From assembly GCA_017610175.1 (NCBI GenBank), contig JAFCCO010000012.1, positions 1-47,499 on the forward strand: a stretch of DNA of 47,499 bases, written 5' to 3'. Of this stretch, positions 26,790 through 35,960 are shown piece after piece. Below the pieces are notes generated by a model. That model was not told where the DNA came from and ran no database searches. It was given only the letters and a program-made list of their open reading frames with translations. The position numbers were made by a program, and so were the translations under genes. Numbering within the stretch: the first letter of the stretch is position 1; each line of letters starts with the position of its first letter. This DNA is from Candidatus Iainarchaeum sp. GTDB taxonomy: Archaea > Iainarchaeota > Iainarchaeia > Iainarchaeales > GCA-2688035.

Positions 26790-26861
26790 TGGACCCTCCG
26801 GGAATTGAACCCGGGATCTCCCGATTGCCAACCGAGCGTCATACCACTAGACTAAGGGCCC
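26790..26861 (-). tRNA. tRNA-Ala(GGC)
   Basis: Reverse complement GGGCCCT...CTCGG-TTGGCAA-TCGGG...AGGGTCC-A; G3:U70 Ala identity pair. Confidence 0.95.
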
Positions 26862-26922
26862 CTTTACCTAAAGAAAACTAGGTGGGCAATTTTTTTAAAT
26901 TGCATTACTCAAAGTTTTAGCC

Positions 26923-27141
26923 CTATGGGTTGATGAGAATCACGCTGTCTCCGCGCACCATAAGCTTACCGTACTTGGTTTTTGCTTCTCCGTTCTCAAG
27001 CTGCTCTGCATTTTCGAGAACTAAGTTCATGTGCACGTCAAACGCTTGGAGTGTTCCCCTGACTTGGCTGTTTCCTTTGAGCACAACAAGCACTTCTTTG
27101 CCTATTGCGTCGTTCAGCAGATCAAAAGGTCTGTTTGCCAT
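26923..27141 (-). CDS. Sm-like archaeal protein (SmAP/LSm)
   Basis: RPFD.L, G.L.AFDVHMNLVL, VRGDSVI. Confidence 0.95.
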   Translation of the reverse strand: MANRPFDLLNDAIGKEVLVVLKGNSQVRGTLQAFDVHMNLVLENAEQLENGEAKTKYGKLMVRGDSVILINP

Positions 27142-27155
27142 TGTTTGATTCCTCC

Positions 27156-27983
27156 TTACATTGTTTGGTTCTTAATTTCGACCGCGCTGGCCTTTTTCTT
27201 CTTTTTGAATATTGAAAATAATCTTGCAAAGAATCCTTGCTTCTTTGGTTTGAGCTGTCCGGCCTCAAGCTTTGCGCCTGAAAGCTTTGCAGCCATTTTT
27301 TTGATTGCGATTGATGCAGGTGAGTGCGGTTTCCTAATTAGCACAGGGGAAACGCTTTCCTGCATATAGCTTTTTCTAACTTCACCGTCGTATGGAATCA
27401 GGCCGTAAACCGGAAGCTCAAGCATTTTCATTATGTCCTCGTCACTTATCTCGCCCTTTTCACCCCGCAGGAAGTTGAGAATTATTCCAATCGGATTGCT
27501 TCCGATTCTTTGCGAAACAATCTTTGTTTTGAGCACATCCGCAATGCTTGGGCTGTTTGGCATTGTGACAAGCAAAACTTCGTCTGCTGCCGCAAGCGCA
27601 GCCATAACCGTTTTTTCTATTCCTGCGGGAGCGTCCAGCAAAACAAAATCATAGTTGTCGGCAACCTGCCTTATTACCGCTTCAAGCCTTTCAGGGTCAA
27701 CTCTTCTGTAACTCTCCATACTAAGGCCGCTTGGAATGAAGTTTATTCCTGACGGGCCGTCGTAGATTGCGTCGTGAACATTGCTTTCCCCAAGCAAGAC
27801 ATCGTGCAATGTAATGGGGGATGACTGCATTCCGAGAAGAAGGCTTAAGTTTGCCATTGCAACATCTGCATCAACGAGAAGAACGCGAAATTTCATTTGC
27901 GCCAGCGCAATCCCTAAATTGGCTGTGATGGTTGTTTTTCCAACCCCTCCCTTTCCCGATGCGATTGTTATTATTCTTACCAT
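27156..27983 (-). CDS. minD: MinD-family ATPase
   Basis: Deviant Walker A SGKGGVGKTT, DAD..MANL, LDAPAG, C-terminal amphipathic GFFARLFSIF membrane-targeting sequence. Confidence 0.92.
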   Translation of the reverse strand: MVRIITIASGKGGVGKTTITANLGIALAQMKFRVLLVDADVAMANLSLLLGMQSSPITLHDVLLGESNVHDAIYDGPSGINFIPSGLSMESYRRVDPERLEAVIRQVADNYDFVLLDAPAGIEKTVMAALAAADEVLLVTMPNSPSIADVLKTKIVSQRIGSNPIGIILNFLRGEKGEISDEDIMKMLELPVYGLIPYDGEVRKSYMQESVSPVLIRKPHSPASIAIKKMAAKLSGAKLEAGQLKPKKQGFFARLFSIFKKKKKASAVEIKNQTM

Positions 27984-28067
27984 ATTTCAAAACCTGGAGA
28001 TAGTATAGGTTTAATGCATTATATTGCTTAAAAAGCTTTTGGGGAGAAAAGAACCTTTTTCTTTTGC

Positions 28068-28544
28068 TCAGCTGCCCTGCTTTACCTTAATTGTTTTTAC
28101 CATAAAACTTTCTATTTCCTTTGCAAGCGCCTTAAGCTCTATGTTTGAGAGTGAAGAGGGAGCCCTAACAATGTATGTTTTGCCATTGAACGGGAAAAGC
28201 ATGAACCAGCTTCCAACCCCTTTTATGAGAACGCTTTCAGGCGTTGCGAGTTCCGAGTCTATGAAGCGCAGCAGCATGTTTGCCGAGCTTGCTTCGTCGT
28301 GCCCGTTTCCCTCGCTGCTTACCACAAGCTCACCCTCAGAGCTAACAACAGTTATGCTGTCAACAAGGTGTTTTTTCTTAAGTTCGGCAAGAAGGGTGTT
28401 CATGTCTTCTCCACTTAAGTCAAACCTATGCCTTGAAAGGAAATCGTTTAACATCTCAAGTTGTTCGTAGGGGACTGTGGTGTCATCCATGTCAAGAATG
28501 CTTGCCGCAACCATCCTGAAAAGCATTCCAATCCTCGAAATCAT
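28068..28544 (-). CDS. Roadblock/LC7 (MglB)-like fold protein with N-terminal extension
   Basis: Alpha-beta-beta-alpha-beta-beta-beta-alpha pattern: LLAELKKKH, VDSITVVSSEGELVVSS, ESVLIKG, WFMLFP, TYIVRA, ELKALAKEIESF. Confidence 0.55.
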   Translation of the reverse strand: MISRIGMLFRMVAASILDMDDTTVPYEQLEMLNDFLSRHRFDLSGEDMNTLLAELKKKHLVDSITVVSSEGELVVSSEGNGHDEASSANMLLRFIDSELATPESVLIKGVGSWFMLFPFNGKTYIVRAPSSLSNIELKALAKEIESFMVKTIKVKQGS

Positions 28545-29036
28545 TTATTTCATGCCCCCAAGTCCAAGTTTTTTGAATAAGTCAAATTTTGATTCCTTTT
28601 TCTTAAGTTCATCCGCAATGTGCTTGTCGGCAATGTTTTCATTGTACTGCTTTGGGAAAATCTTTTCAAGATCAAGAATTGAAAGATGCGCATCCATCTC
28701 AATTTTGTCGTTGAACGCAACAATTAATTCAACCTGTTGGCGGCTTAGCTTTGCAACATCCATTACCCCAAACGTGGCCAGCCCAGAATTAAGCAAAAGC
28801 CCGAGCGCCGTGCCCCCAAAAACCGCTTTGTTGAAACTCAGGTATTCATAGATTGCACCTATTGCCTTTCCGCCCTCAATAATCATGAGCCCTTCCTCAA
28901 CCCCGTTTTGCCCCTCGGACGTCAGCACTATATAGCCTGTGAACGATTCACGCATTAGCAGTGAAATTTTTGCGGAAAGGTTTGTTTCCTTTAACGGCAC
29001 GTTTTCCTCGATTATTTCACCGACAGGTATGTTCAT
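28545..29036 (-). CDS. DUF2226-like protein
   Basis: MNIPVG..., FTGYIVLT, EEGL.IIE.GK..GA.YE, G..AL. Confidence 0.7.
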   Translation of the reverse strand: MNIPVGEIIEENVPLKETNLSAKISLLMRESFTGYIVLTSEGQNGVEEGLMIIEGGKAIGAIYEYLSFNKAVFGGTALGLLLNSGLATFGVMDVAKLSRQQVELIVAFNDKIEMDAHLSILDLEKIFPKQYNENIADKHIADELKKKESKFDLFKKLGLGGMK

Positions 29037-29509
29037 CTTTTGCCACCGAGCACTATTATTTGGTCCGCCGTGTTTTTTAAAGCTGCCGCTGAGGCCTCTT
29101 CAGCCAAAACAACGATTGTTTCCTTGCCGCGCCCCTTTGCACGCACTATTACAGGCAAAAAATCAGAATCCCTTGTCACAAATGCAATTGAGTGGATTGA
29201 CTGGTTGAAGCAGCATTCGGTTGCGGCAACAGCCATTGCAACATCTATGTCGCCAACCGTTATGATTGATTCAAATCCCTGGTTCACAACAGCCTCAACC
29301 AATTTGTTTGAAGCAAACTGGTTTAGGAAAACTTTTGCTATCTTGATGTTGCCGTGCTTTTGCAGCACGGTTTTTACGTCCTCCAAATCAATGCCAAGTT
29401 CTTTTCGCAAAATGTTTGGCCCGTCAACAAAAACAGCTATGTTTTTCTCTTTCTTTGGCTTTACAACGGAACCGATTTTTTTCCTTACATTTTCAAAAAC
29501 CACTGCCAA
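29033..29509 (-). CDS. NYN domain protein (TIGR00288/DUF88-like, PIN-like fold)
   Basis: FVDGPNILRKE, GDIDVAMAV, TRDSDFLP, LKNTAD; start uncertain (TTG 29509 or GTG 29503). Confidence 0.85.
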   Translation of the reverse strand: MAVVFENVRKKIGSVVKPKKEKNIAVFVDGPNILRKELGIDLEDVKTVLQKHGNIKIAKVFLNQFASNKLVEAVVNQGFESIITVGDIDVAMAVAATECCFNQSIHSIAFVTRDSDFLPVIVRAKGRGKETIVVLAEEASAAALKNTADQIIVLGGKR

Positions 29510-29648
29510 CCCTTCCCTTCTTTGTTTTCCGGCTAATTCTGTAAATAAAAAGGGGGATAACTTTATTAAAACTGTATCAATTTTCAGGGGATATGGGAAA
29601 GGTTTTTTAATAGAATTCATTTAATTGTTGTTGTAAGGTGTTTTGCTT

Positions 29649-30047
29649 ATGGTTGACGGAGAAAAGAAATTTTCAACAGCCGGTTCTTTGAAGCCGGGCA
29701 GTTTTGTTCTGATTGAGGGAACCGTTTGCCAGGTAAAAAGCGTCGACAAGTCAAAGCCCGGAAAGCACGGTTCTGCAAAAGTGAGAATTGTTGCCTTTGA
29801 CATATTCACCGACCAGAAGAGAAACCTGCTGAAGTCAACCAGTGCTGATGTTGAGGTGCCAATAATTTCAAGAAGCCAGGGCCAGGTTACGGCCGTTCAG
29901 GGAAGCCAGCTGCAGCTGATGGACCTGGAGAGTTACGAAATGTTTTCCTGCCCGAAGCCAAAGGACCTTGCTATTGAGCAGGGCGGAAACGTTGAATACA
30001 TAAAGTGGGGCTCACTGGTAAAAGTCACAAGAAAGAGAAGCGAGTGA
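29649..30047 (+). CDS. eif5a: Translation factor aIF5A (eIF5A)
   Basis: SKPGKHGSAK hypusination motif. Confidence 0.95.
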   Translation: MVDGEKKFSTAGSLKPGSFVLIEGTVCQVKSVDKSKPGKHGSAKVRIVAFDIFTDQKRNLLKSTSADVEVPIISRSQGQVTAVQGSQLQLMDLESYEMFSCPKPKDLAIEQGGNVEYIKWGSLVKVTRKRSE

Positions 30048-30127
30048 ATTAATCTTCTTTAACATTATTGCAGCCGTACCTATGCAATGGTGCGAATTTA
30101 ACTTCTTTTTCCACCTATTTTTTTATT

Positions 30128-30892
30128 ATGAGAATAGTTAGCGTTCCATCCGAACAAGGAAACCTTGACAAGAACAAGGGCTGCTCAAAGGCACCGCCCC
30201 TTATTATTGGAGATTTGGAATGTGAAACCGCAGAGATAATCGCGGGCGATTTTGAGGGAACGGACAAATCAATTTACAAAAAGGCAAGGGCTGTTTTGAG
30301 TGAGGGGCGCGCACTCTTTGTGGGCGGGGACCACTCAATCTCATACCCTTTGGTGAAGGCGTTTTCTGAAACTGCCGGGGGAAAAAGGGCGCTTGTTGTT
30401 TTTGACGCGCACCCTGACTGCGTGCAGTTCTTTAAGCCCTTGAGCCACGAGGACTGGGTGCAGGGTGTTGTGGAGGAAAATTTTGTTGAACCGAAAAATG
30501 TGCTGCTTATAGGGGTTCGCAAAACCCACGAGCTTGAGCGCGAGTACCTGAAAAAAAGGGGCATAACAGTTTTGAGCGCAACTGAAGTTAAGAGCGCACC
30601 AAAGCAGGCGCTTGAAAAGCTGTTGAAGCTTGTTGCGCTGAACAATTCAATCTACGTAAGCGTTGACATTGATGCGTTTGACCCAAACATCGCGCCCGGA
30701 ACGGGTTATCTTGAAAGCAACGGCTTGGATGAGACCAAGTTTTTTGTGCTCTTTGATGCATTGCTTAAAAGCAAGAAAGTAAAAGCAGTTGATTTGGTTG
30801 AGGTCAACCCATCCAAGGACAAAGAGGGCAAGACCGTTGAACTTGCGCAAAAGATTCTTGAGCGGGCAATTCAAAATTGGGCTTTGGATTAA
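30128..30892 (+). CDS. Agmatinase/arginase (ureohydrolase) family protein
   Basis: GGDHS, DAHPD, SVDIDAFDP..APGTG, VEVNP; adjacent to aIF5A. Confidence 0.9.
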   Translation: MRIVSVPSEQGNLDKNKGCSKAPPLIIGDLECETAEIIAGDFEGTDKSIYKKARAVLSEGRALFVGGDHSISYPLVKAFSETAGGKRALVVFDAHPDCVQFFKPLSHEDWVQGVVEENFVEPKNVLLIGVRKTHELEREYLKKRGITVLSATEVKSAPKQALEKLLKLVALNNSIYVSVDIDAFDPNIAPGTGYLESNGLDETKFFVLFDALLKSKKVKAVDLVEVNPSKDKEGKTVELAQKILERAIQNWALD

Positions 30893-30928
30893 AGAAAGTT
30901 TGCTGCAGTAAAATTAATGTGATTTTAT

Positions 30929-31555
30929 ATGGTTAAGGCACTTGCACTTGTTTCAGGGGGAATAGACAGCATTGTGGCTGTGGCCCTTGCACTGGAGCAG
31001 GGGATGGAAATTGAAATGCTGCATTTTTCAACTGTCCCCCTTGGAAACACCCGTGGCCTGGAGAAAACAAAGCTTCTTGCAAGAACGCTTGGGGAAAAGT
31101 TTGGGCAGAAAATAAAGGTTGGGGTTGCCCCCCATGGAAACACTCTTTTTGCGATTGCAAAAAACTGCCACCGCAAGTACTCGTGTGTGCTTTGCAGAAG
31201 AATTATGCTGCGCGCGGCCTCAAGAATTGCCGAAAAGCGCGGCGCAAGCGCACTTATTACAGGTGAAGCAATCGGGCAGGTTGCTTCGCAAACTTTATTC
31301 AATTTGAATGCAGAGCACTCGGCATCACTTGTTCCAATCATAAGGCCGCTTATTGGAATGGACAAGCTTGAGATTGAAAGGCTTGCAAAGGAATTCGGAA
31401 CATTTGAAACAAGCATTCTCCCAAGTGCATGCTGTTCAATTCCCGCAAAGCCGGCCACAAAGGCAACAAGTGAAAAGGTTGAGCAGGAAGAGAAAAGGCT
31501 TAATGTTAACGAGCTTGTGGAAAAAGAACTTGAAAAGGCCGATTTTTCCGAATGA
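30929..31555 (+). CDS. ThiI-like tRNA sulfurtransferase, catalytic domain only
   Basis: SGGIDS PP-loop, CVLCRRIM, TGEAIGQVASQTL.NL, RPLIGMDK.EI, CC; no THUMP domain. Confidence 0.85.
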   Translation: MVKALALVSGGIDSIVAVALALEQGMEIEMLHFSTVPLGNTRGLEKTKLLARTLGEKFGQKIKVGVAPHGNTLFAIAKNCHRKYSCVLCRRIMLRAASRIAEKRGASALITGEAIGQVASQTLFNLNAEHSASLVPIIRPLIGMDKLEIERLAKEFGTFETSILPSACCSIPAKPATKATSEKVEQEEKRLNVNELVEKELEKADFSE

Positions 31556-31612
31556 AAATAATTAAATAGGACATTCTGCCTTATTGAATCAATTCGCTGT
31601 GAGGTGAGGCAC

Positions 31613-32284
31613 TTGATTGAGATTTGGAAAAACATTTTGATTCAGCCAGAGGAAACCATTGCAGGCGCACTGCCCGATGCTACCCTGGGGCGCGGCCTGA
31701 AAAATTTTGCAATCGCCGCACTGATTCCTGGGGTATTGCTTGGGCTTGGAATTGCAGTGCTTTCATTTATTTTTGCACCATTGCTTGCATCCCTCCCCGA
31801 GGCTACAATACTGGGAACAATCGGAATCGTGGCGATAGTAATTGTTCCGCTTGCAGCGGTTACAATAGCGCTTGTCGGAAGCCTTTTGTTTAACCTTGCC
31901 CTTTGGGTTGGCGCAAAGGTTGCGGGCGGAAAGGGTTCATTCTCAGAGCAATATTACCTCATTTCCCTAATGGCCGTGCCATTTGTTCTGGCGCAAATCG
32001 CAATTGCATTGGTTGGATTCATATTGTTTGCAATACCGGTTGTTGGATTTTTTGCAGGAATGCTGGCAGTTTCTGCGGCACAGGGTTATCTTGGAATAAT
32101 CAGTGTTGTTGCATTCATCAGCGCAATGAAGGTTTCACACAATTTCAGCACAAAAAAACTTGGAATTGCGGTCGGAGTTGGCTATGCAATAATGGGCCTT
32201 CTCGGTGCAATTGCAGGATTTCTCCTGGTTGTAACAGTGTTTGGCTTTATTGCGGCAATTGCAGGAAGCTTTGTTGCCATTTAA
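31613..32284 (+). CDS. Yip1 family membrane protein
   Basis: W..IL..P.ET, AKVAGGKGSF, H.FST.K; about 5 TM helices. Confidence 0.75.
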   Translation: MIEIWKNILIQPEETIAGALPDATLGRGLKNFAIAALIPGVLLGLGIAVLSFIFAPLLASLPEATILGTIGIVAIVIVPLAAVTIALVGSLLFNLALWVGAKVAGGKGSFSEQYYLISLMAVPFVLAQIAIALVGFILFAIPVVGFFAGMLAVSAAQGYLGIISVVAFISAMKVSHNFSTKKLGIAVGVGYAIMGLLGAIAGFLLVVTVFGFIAAIAGSFVAI

Positions 32285-32345
32285 AACACAGCCGAATCGC
32301 CCTTTTTTCCCTTTTTTTTTTGCAAAAAATGGCACCACAGCAGAT

Positions 32346-32401
32346 TTAAATACTTGAAAACAATCTGTTCTAACAGATTAATTCAAGGCAAGGGAGGTGA
32401 A
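32346..32401 (+). promoter_or_regulatory. Promoter/leader copy 1 (TATA to RBS)
   Basis: 48/56 nt identical to 33128-33183; contains the palindrome AATCTGTT-CT-AACAGATT and the RBS GGAGGTGA. Confidence 0.7.
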
Positions 32402-32404
32402 AAA

Positions 32405-33064
32405 ATGATTTTGAACGACTGGCTTGATATTCTATTGTTTAAGAAAAAGCCCGCGGACATCGCTTCAACAAGTCTTGGAGACGGGTTAAAGCAGCTTGTA
32501 ATTGCAAACGTGTTGTTTGGTCTCTTGTCCGGAATAGTGGGTTACCTCTCATACGACCAGATGATAGCTTCATTAGGAGAATTGTCAGGACTTGCAAGCG
32601 CATTCATGGTGCAGCCAGACATAATCTCAATAATTATGTCAGCAATATGGGCTCCGATTTTTGCAGTCATTATAATATTAATTCTCGGAACCATCCTGCA
32701 CTTGTTCAGCAAGCTTTTGGGCGGACAGGCAAGCATCGGCAATTACATTGGTGTGCTAGCTTACATTGATGCGGCTTTGACAGGAACAGCCATTGCGGCT
32801 CTTGTGGTTGTTGAAATAGTTGCTGCATTGGTAGGAGCATACGTTAGTGTAGCTAGTATCACTGCGCTGATATCCTTACTTATAGTTCTGTGGGAGATTG
32901 CACTGTTTGTGCTTGCAGCAGAAGCCGTGCATAAGCTGTCACGCACAAGGGCAATTATCGCAACAGTTGCAATACCTATTGGTTTGACAATACTACTGCT
33001 TGCAGTGCTGATGATATTCTTCGTCGCGATATTTGCATCAATTGCAGGAGGCGGATTGGTTTAA
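32405..33064 (+). CDS. Yip1 family membrane protein (paralog)
   Basis: LHLFSKLLGGQA, VHKLSRTRAI. Confidence 0.75.
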   Translation: MILNDWLDILLFKKKPADIASTSLGDGLKQLVIANVLFGLLSGIVGYLSYDQMIASLGELSGLASAFMVQPDIISIIMSAIWAPIFAVIIILILGTILHLFSKLLGGQASIGNYIGVLAYIDAALTGTAIAALVVVEIVAALVGAYVSVASITALISLLIVLWEIALFVLAAEAVHKLSRTRAIIATVAIPIGLTILLLAVLMIFFVAIFASIAGGGLV

Positions 33065-33127
33065 TTGACCACTCCGTTTCTTTCTTCTTTTTTTTTATTT
33101 TTTAATTTTCTTCAGCCACCATCACCA

Positions 33128-33183
33128 TTAAATACCTGAAAACAACTTATTTTAGCGGATTAATTAAAGGCAAGGGAGGTGAA
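33128..33183 (+). promoter_or_regulatory. Promoter/leader copy 2
   Basis: TTAAATACCTGAAAACAA...GATTAATTAAAGGCAAGGGAGGTGAA. Confidence 0.7.
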
Positions 33184-33188
33184 GGAAT

Positions 33189-33482
33189 ATGGCGACTCAA
33201 ACAGTTAGCAGAATTGACCCTGTTTCGATGGGAAAAATTTATGGCGCAACAATGGCGGGGCTGGTTCTCATAGTAGGGGCACTGGCAGCGATTCTTATTG
33301 GGCTAATAGCAATGATTGTTGACCCGGTTGGAGGGATAATTGCATTCATCATAACTTTGATAATAGTTATCGTTGTTGCAATCGTGTACGCAATACTTGG
33401 CTTTATAGTCGGGGCAGTGGGTGCGTTCATCTACAACATTGCAGCAGGAAAGGTTGGCGGAGTAAAAATAGACCTGAATTAG
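33189..33482 (+). CDS. DUF3566-like small membrane protein
   Basis: RIDPVSMGK...AFIYNIAAGKVGGVKIDL. Confidence 0.7.
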   Translation: MATQTVSRIDPVSMGKIYGATMAGLVLIVGALAAILIGLIAMIVDPVGGIIAFIITLIIVIVVAIVYAILGFIVGAVGAFIYNIAAGKVGGVKIDLN

Positions 33483-33572
33483 GCCCAACCTTTTCTTTCT
33501 TTTTTTTTCACTTTTATTTCATTTTCCAGCAGCATTAAATACCTGCATTGCGTTTGTTTTGTGTGAAAGAAA

Positions 33573-34682
33573 ATGCGTTCACTCAAGCTTGGAAAGCCCT
33601 TTGGGATTGAAATTGAACTGCACAGCAGTTTTGTAATAGCCGGAGTGCTGCTCTTGGGCGGAATGCTGCTGTTCACTTTAACAGGGGCAATGCAGCTAAC
33701 GGAAACCGTCCCCGTAATTTTGTTCATAGCATTCCTGTTCATATCGGTTTTCTTCCACGAACTAATGCACAGCGTTGTGCTTCTGGACAAGGGATTCAAG
33801 GTTGAAAAAATAATCCTTCTCCCAATAGGGGGAATTTCTGTCAGTGAAGACCTCCCCGAAAAGCCGGCCGACGAATTTGTTGTTTCAATCGCAGGGCCGC
33901 TGTTCAACTTCTTTGTTGTGTTTGCAATTCTTGCCGTTGCCGCAATTGTCGGAATTGAGTTGCAGCTTGAGCTGCTTTTCGGCGATGCCGACTTTTTTGC
34001 AGTAATCTCAAACCCACTGCTGAGCCTTTTCTACGTTAACCTTGTGCTTGGAACATTCAACCTCTTCTTTCCCGCACTTCCGCTTGACGGGGGGCGGGTT
34101 GCAAGGTCAATTCTCGCATACTTTATTGGGTGGAAAGATGCGACAAACGCCGTTTCAAGAATCAGCTCGTTTCTCGCAATATTCCTTTTCCTGATTGGAT
34201 TTTTTTCAGGAAACATACTTGTTGCAATAATTGCGCTCTTCATTTTCTTTGGCGCAAAGCAGGAAAGCCAGGCTGTTGAAATGAAAGAAACCCTGAGGGG
34301 CGCTGACATTCTTCCCCTGCTTCAGAAAAAGCCGGTTGTAGTGGAAGGGGAAGAAAGCCTGCAGGCTGTTTTTGAGCTTATTGCCGAGAAAAAGCTTCTT
34401 GCAATTCTGGTTAAGCTTGATGGGACCTATGGTTTCATTTCGTTTGAGGGATTGGGGCGAATTCCAAGGCACAGCTGGAACACTGTTAAAGTAAAGGCCG
34501 TTGCGCAGGAACTCTCTTCAATCACATTGAAAGAGAACGCCGCCTCTTTGATGTCAAAGGCCCTTACAAAGGGCTATCCGCTTTTTCCTGTTGTGCAGGG
34601 CCATGAATTGATTGGGGTAATTTACACACGGGACCTGCACAAGCTTTACGAACTTGAAAAGCTCAAGAAGAAAAACGACTGA
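33573..34682 (+). CDS. Site-2 protease (M50) with CBS domains
   Basis: HELMH, AGPLFN, FNL.FPALPLDGGRV; C-terminal CBS pair. Confidence 0.92.
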   Translation: MRSLKLGKPFGIEIELHSSFVIAGVLLLGGMLLFTLTGAMQLTETVPVILFIAFLFISVFFHELMHSVVLLDKGFKVEKIILLPIGGISVSEDLPEKPADEFVVSIAGPLFNFFVVFAILAVAAIVGIELQLELLFGDADFFAVISNPLLSLFYVNLVLGTFNLFFPALPLDGGRVARSILAYFIGWKDATNAVSRISSFLAIFLFLIGFFSGNILVAIIALFIFFGAKQESQAVEMKETLRGADILPLLQKKPVVVEGEESLQAVFELIAEKKLLAILVKLDGTYGFISFEGLGRIPRHSWNTVKVKAVAQELSSITLKENAASLMSKALTKGYPLFPVVQGHELIGVIYTRDLHKLYELEKLKKKND

Positions 34683-34732
34683 AAAAGAAAGCTATTTCAA
34701 GGAAACGTTGCAGTATTTATTTATCAAAAATT

Positions 34733-34816
34733 GCCGGTGTGGCGGAGCGGTCAAACGCGGCGGTCTCGAAAACCGTTGTCTTCACGGACACGTAGGTTCA
34801 AATCCTGCCGCCGGCG
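34733..34816 (+). tRNA. tRNA-Ser(CGA)
   Basis: GCCGGTG/CGCCGGC acceptor, GCGGT-CTCGAAA-ACCGT anticodon arm, long variable arm, G discriminator. Confidence 0.95.
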
Positions 34817-34817
34817 T

Positions 34818-35960
34818 CTAATTTATTGCGTGCTTAACTATTTGTGACAGATTCTCCGCTTCGAGGAAAACCCCGTCATGCCCTTTGGGGGAAGCGATTT
34901 CGTGGTAGCTTGAGTCAATTCCTGCAGCCATTAAGAGGTCGTGCAGTCTCCTTGAGTCCTCCGGCAGGAAAAGCTGGTCAGAGGAAATGGACGTTATGCT
35001 GAACCTTGTTTTTGTTCCGCGAAAAGCGTTCCCAATGCTTCCAAATTCCCGCGCCAAATCAAAGGTGTCAAATGCCTTGGACAGGTAAATGTAGGTGTTT
35101 GGGTCAAAGCGCTTGCAGAACTTTGCCCCCTGGTGATTGAGATAGCTTTCAATCTGGTACTGCTGGCCAAGGCTAATGTGCTTCCTGAATTTTCTGTTTA
35201 GGAGTTCCCTTCCAAACTTTTCCTCAAGAATTGCCTGATTGAGGTATGAAATGTGGCCAATCTGCCTTGCAATCGAAAGCCCCTGCTTTGGAAAGTCCTT
35301 TCCATAGTAATTTCCAAAACTCCATTTTGAGTCAAGCATTATTGCCTGGCGTGCGATGTGATTGAGGGCAAGGCACTGTGCGGAAACCTGGTGGGACGCG
35401 ACAACAACAAGAGCGTTGCCAACCAAGTCCTTTTCAAGCGCAACAAGCTCAAGCAAAAGAATTCCCCCAATGCTTGCACCGATTGCCGAGTGAAGCTTTG
35501 AAATTCCAATTTGTTTTAGGAATTCAACTGTTGCGCGGACCATGTCACTTATGAAAAATCCGGGAAACTTGAGCCCGTACGGCTTGCCTGTGTCCGGATT
35601 TATTGAACCCGGGCCTGTGCTCCCATAACAGCCGCCAAAGTGGTCTGCGCAGATTACAAAAAACTTGTCGGTATCAATTGCCTTTCCCCTGCCCACTATG
35701 TCCGACCACCAGCCCATGTATTCCTTGCCGTTTATGTGCTCGGTTGCAACCTGCTGGGTTGCGGTAAGTGTTGGAAAAATTAGAATTGCGTTGCTTTTGT
35801 TTGCATTCAGTTTCCCAAACGTTTTGTAGGCTATTTTTATCGGACCGAATCTCTTGCCTGACTCAAGGCAGAACCTAAGGTCTTTGGAGAACTCCACAAA
35901 CTCAATGTTTGGAATTTCACATGCATCGCCAATCGTGTCCCCTATTTCCGAATCAACCAT
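34818..35960 (-). CDS. metX: Homoserine O-acyltransferase MetX family
   Basis: GWWSDIVGRGKAIDTDKFFVIC, GGCYGSTGP, GASIGG nucleophile elbow, YLNHQG.KF..RFDPN.Y, SSDQLF, GHD. Confidence 0.9.
   Translation of the reverse strand: MVDSEIGDTIGDACEIPNIEFVEFSKDLRFCLESGKRFGPIKIAYKTFGKLNANKSNAILIFPTLTATQQVATEHINGKEYMGWWSDIVGRGKAIDTDKFFVICADHFGGCYGSTGPGSINPDTGKPYGLKFPGFFISDMVRATVEFLKQIGISKLHSAIGASIGGILLLELVALEKDLVGNALVVVASHQVSAQCLALNHIARQAIMLDSKWSFGNYYGKDFPKQGLSIARQIGHISYLNQAILEEKFGRELLNRKFRKHISLGQQYQIESYLNHQGAKFCKRFDPNTYIYLSKAFDTFDLAREFGSIGNAFRGTKTRFSITSISSDQLFLPEDSRRLHDLLMAAGIDSSYHEIASPKGHDGVFLEAENLSQIVKHAIN

Noticed and set aside
24746-26861. tRNA-flanked segment as an integrated element
   Set aside because: There is no integrase and no duplicated tRNA 3' end; both tRNAs are complete and of different isotypes
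29649-30892. aIF5A-agmatinase pairing as a novel system
   Set aside because: This is a known archaeal gene neighbourhood linked to polyamine and (deoxy)hypusine metabolism
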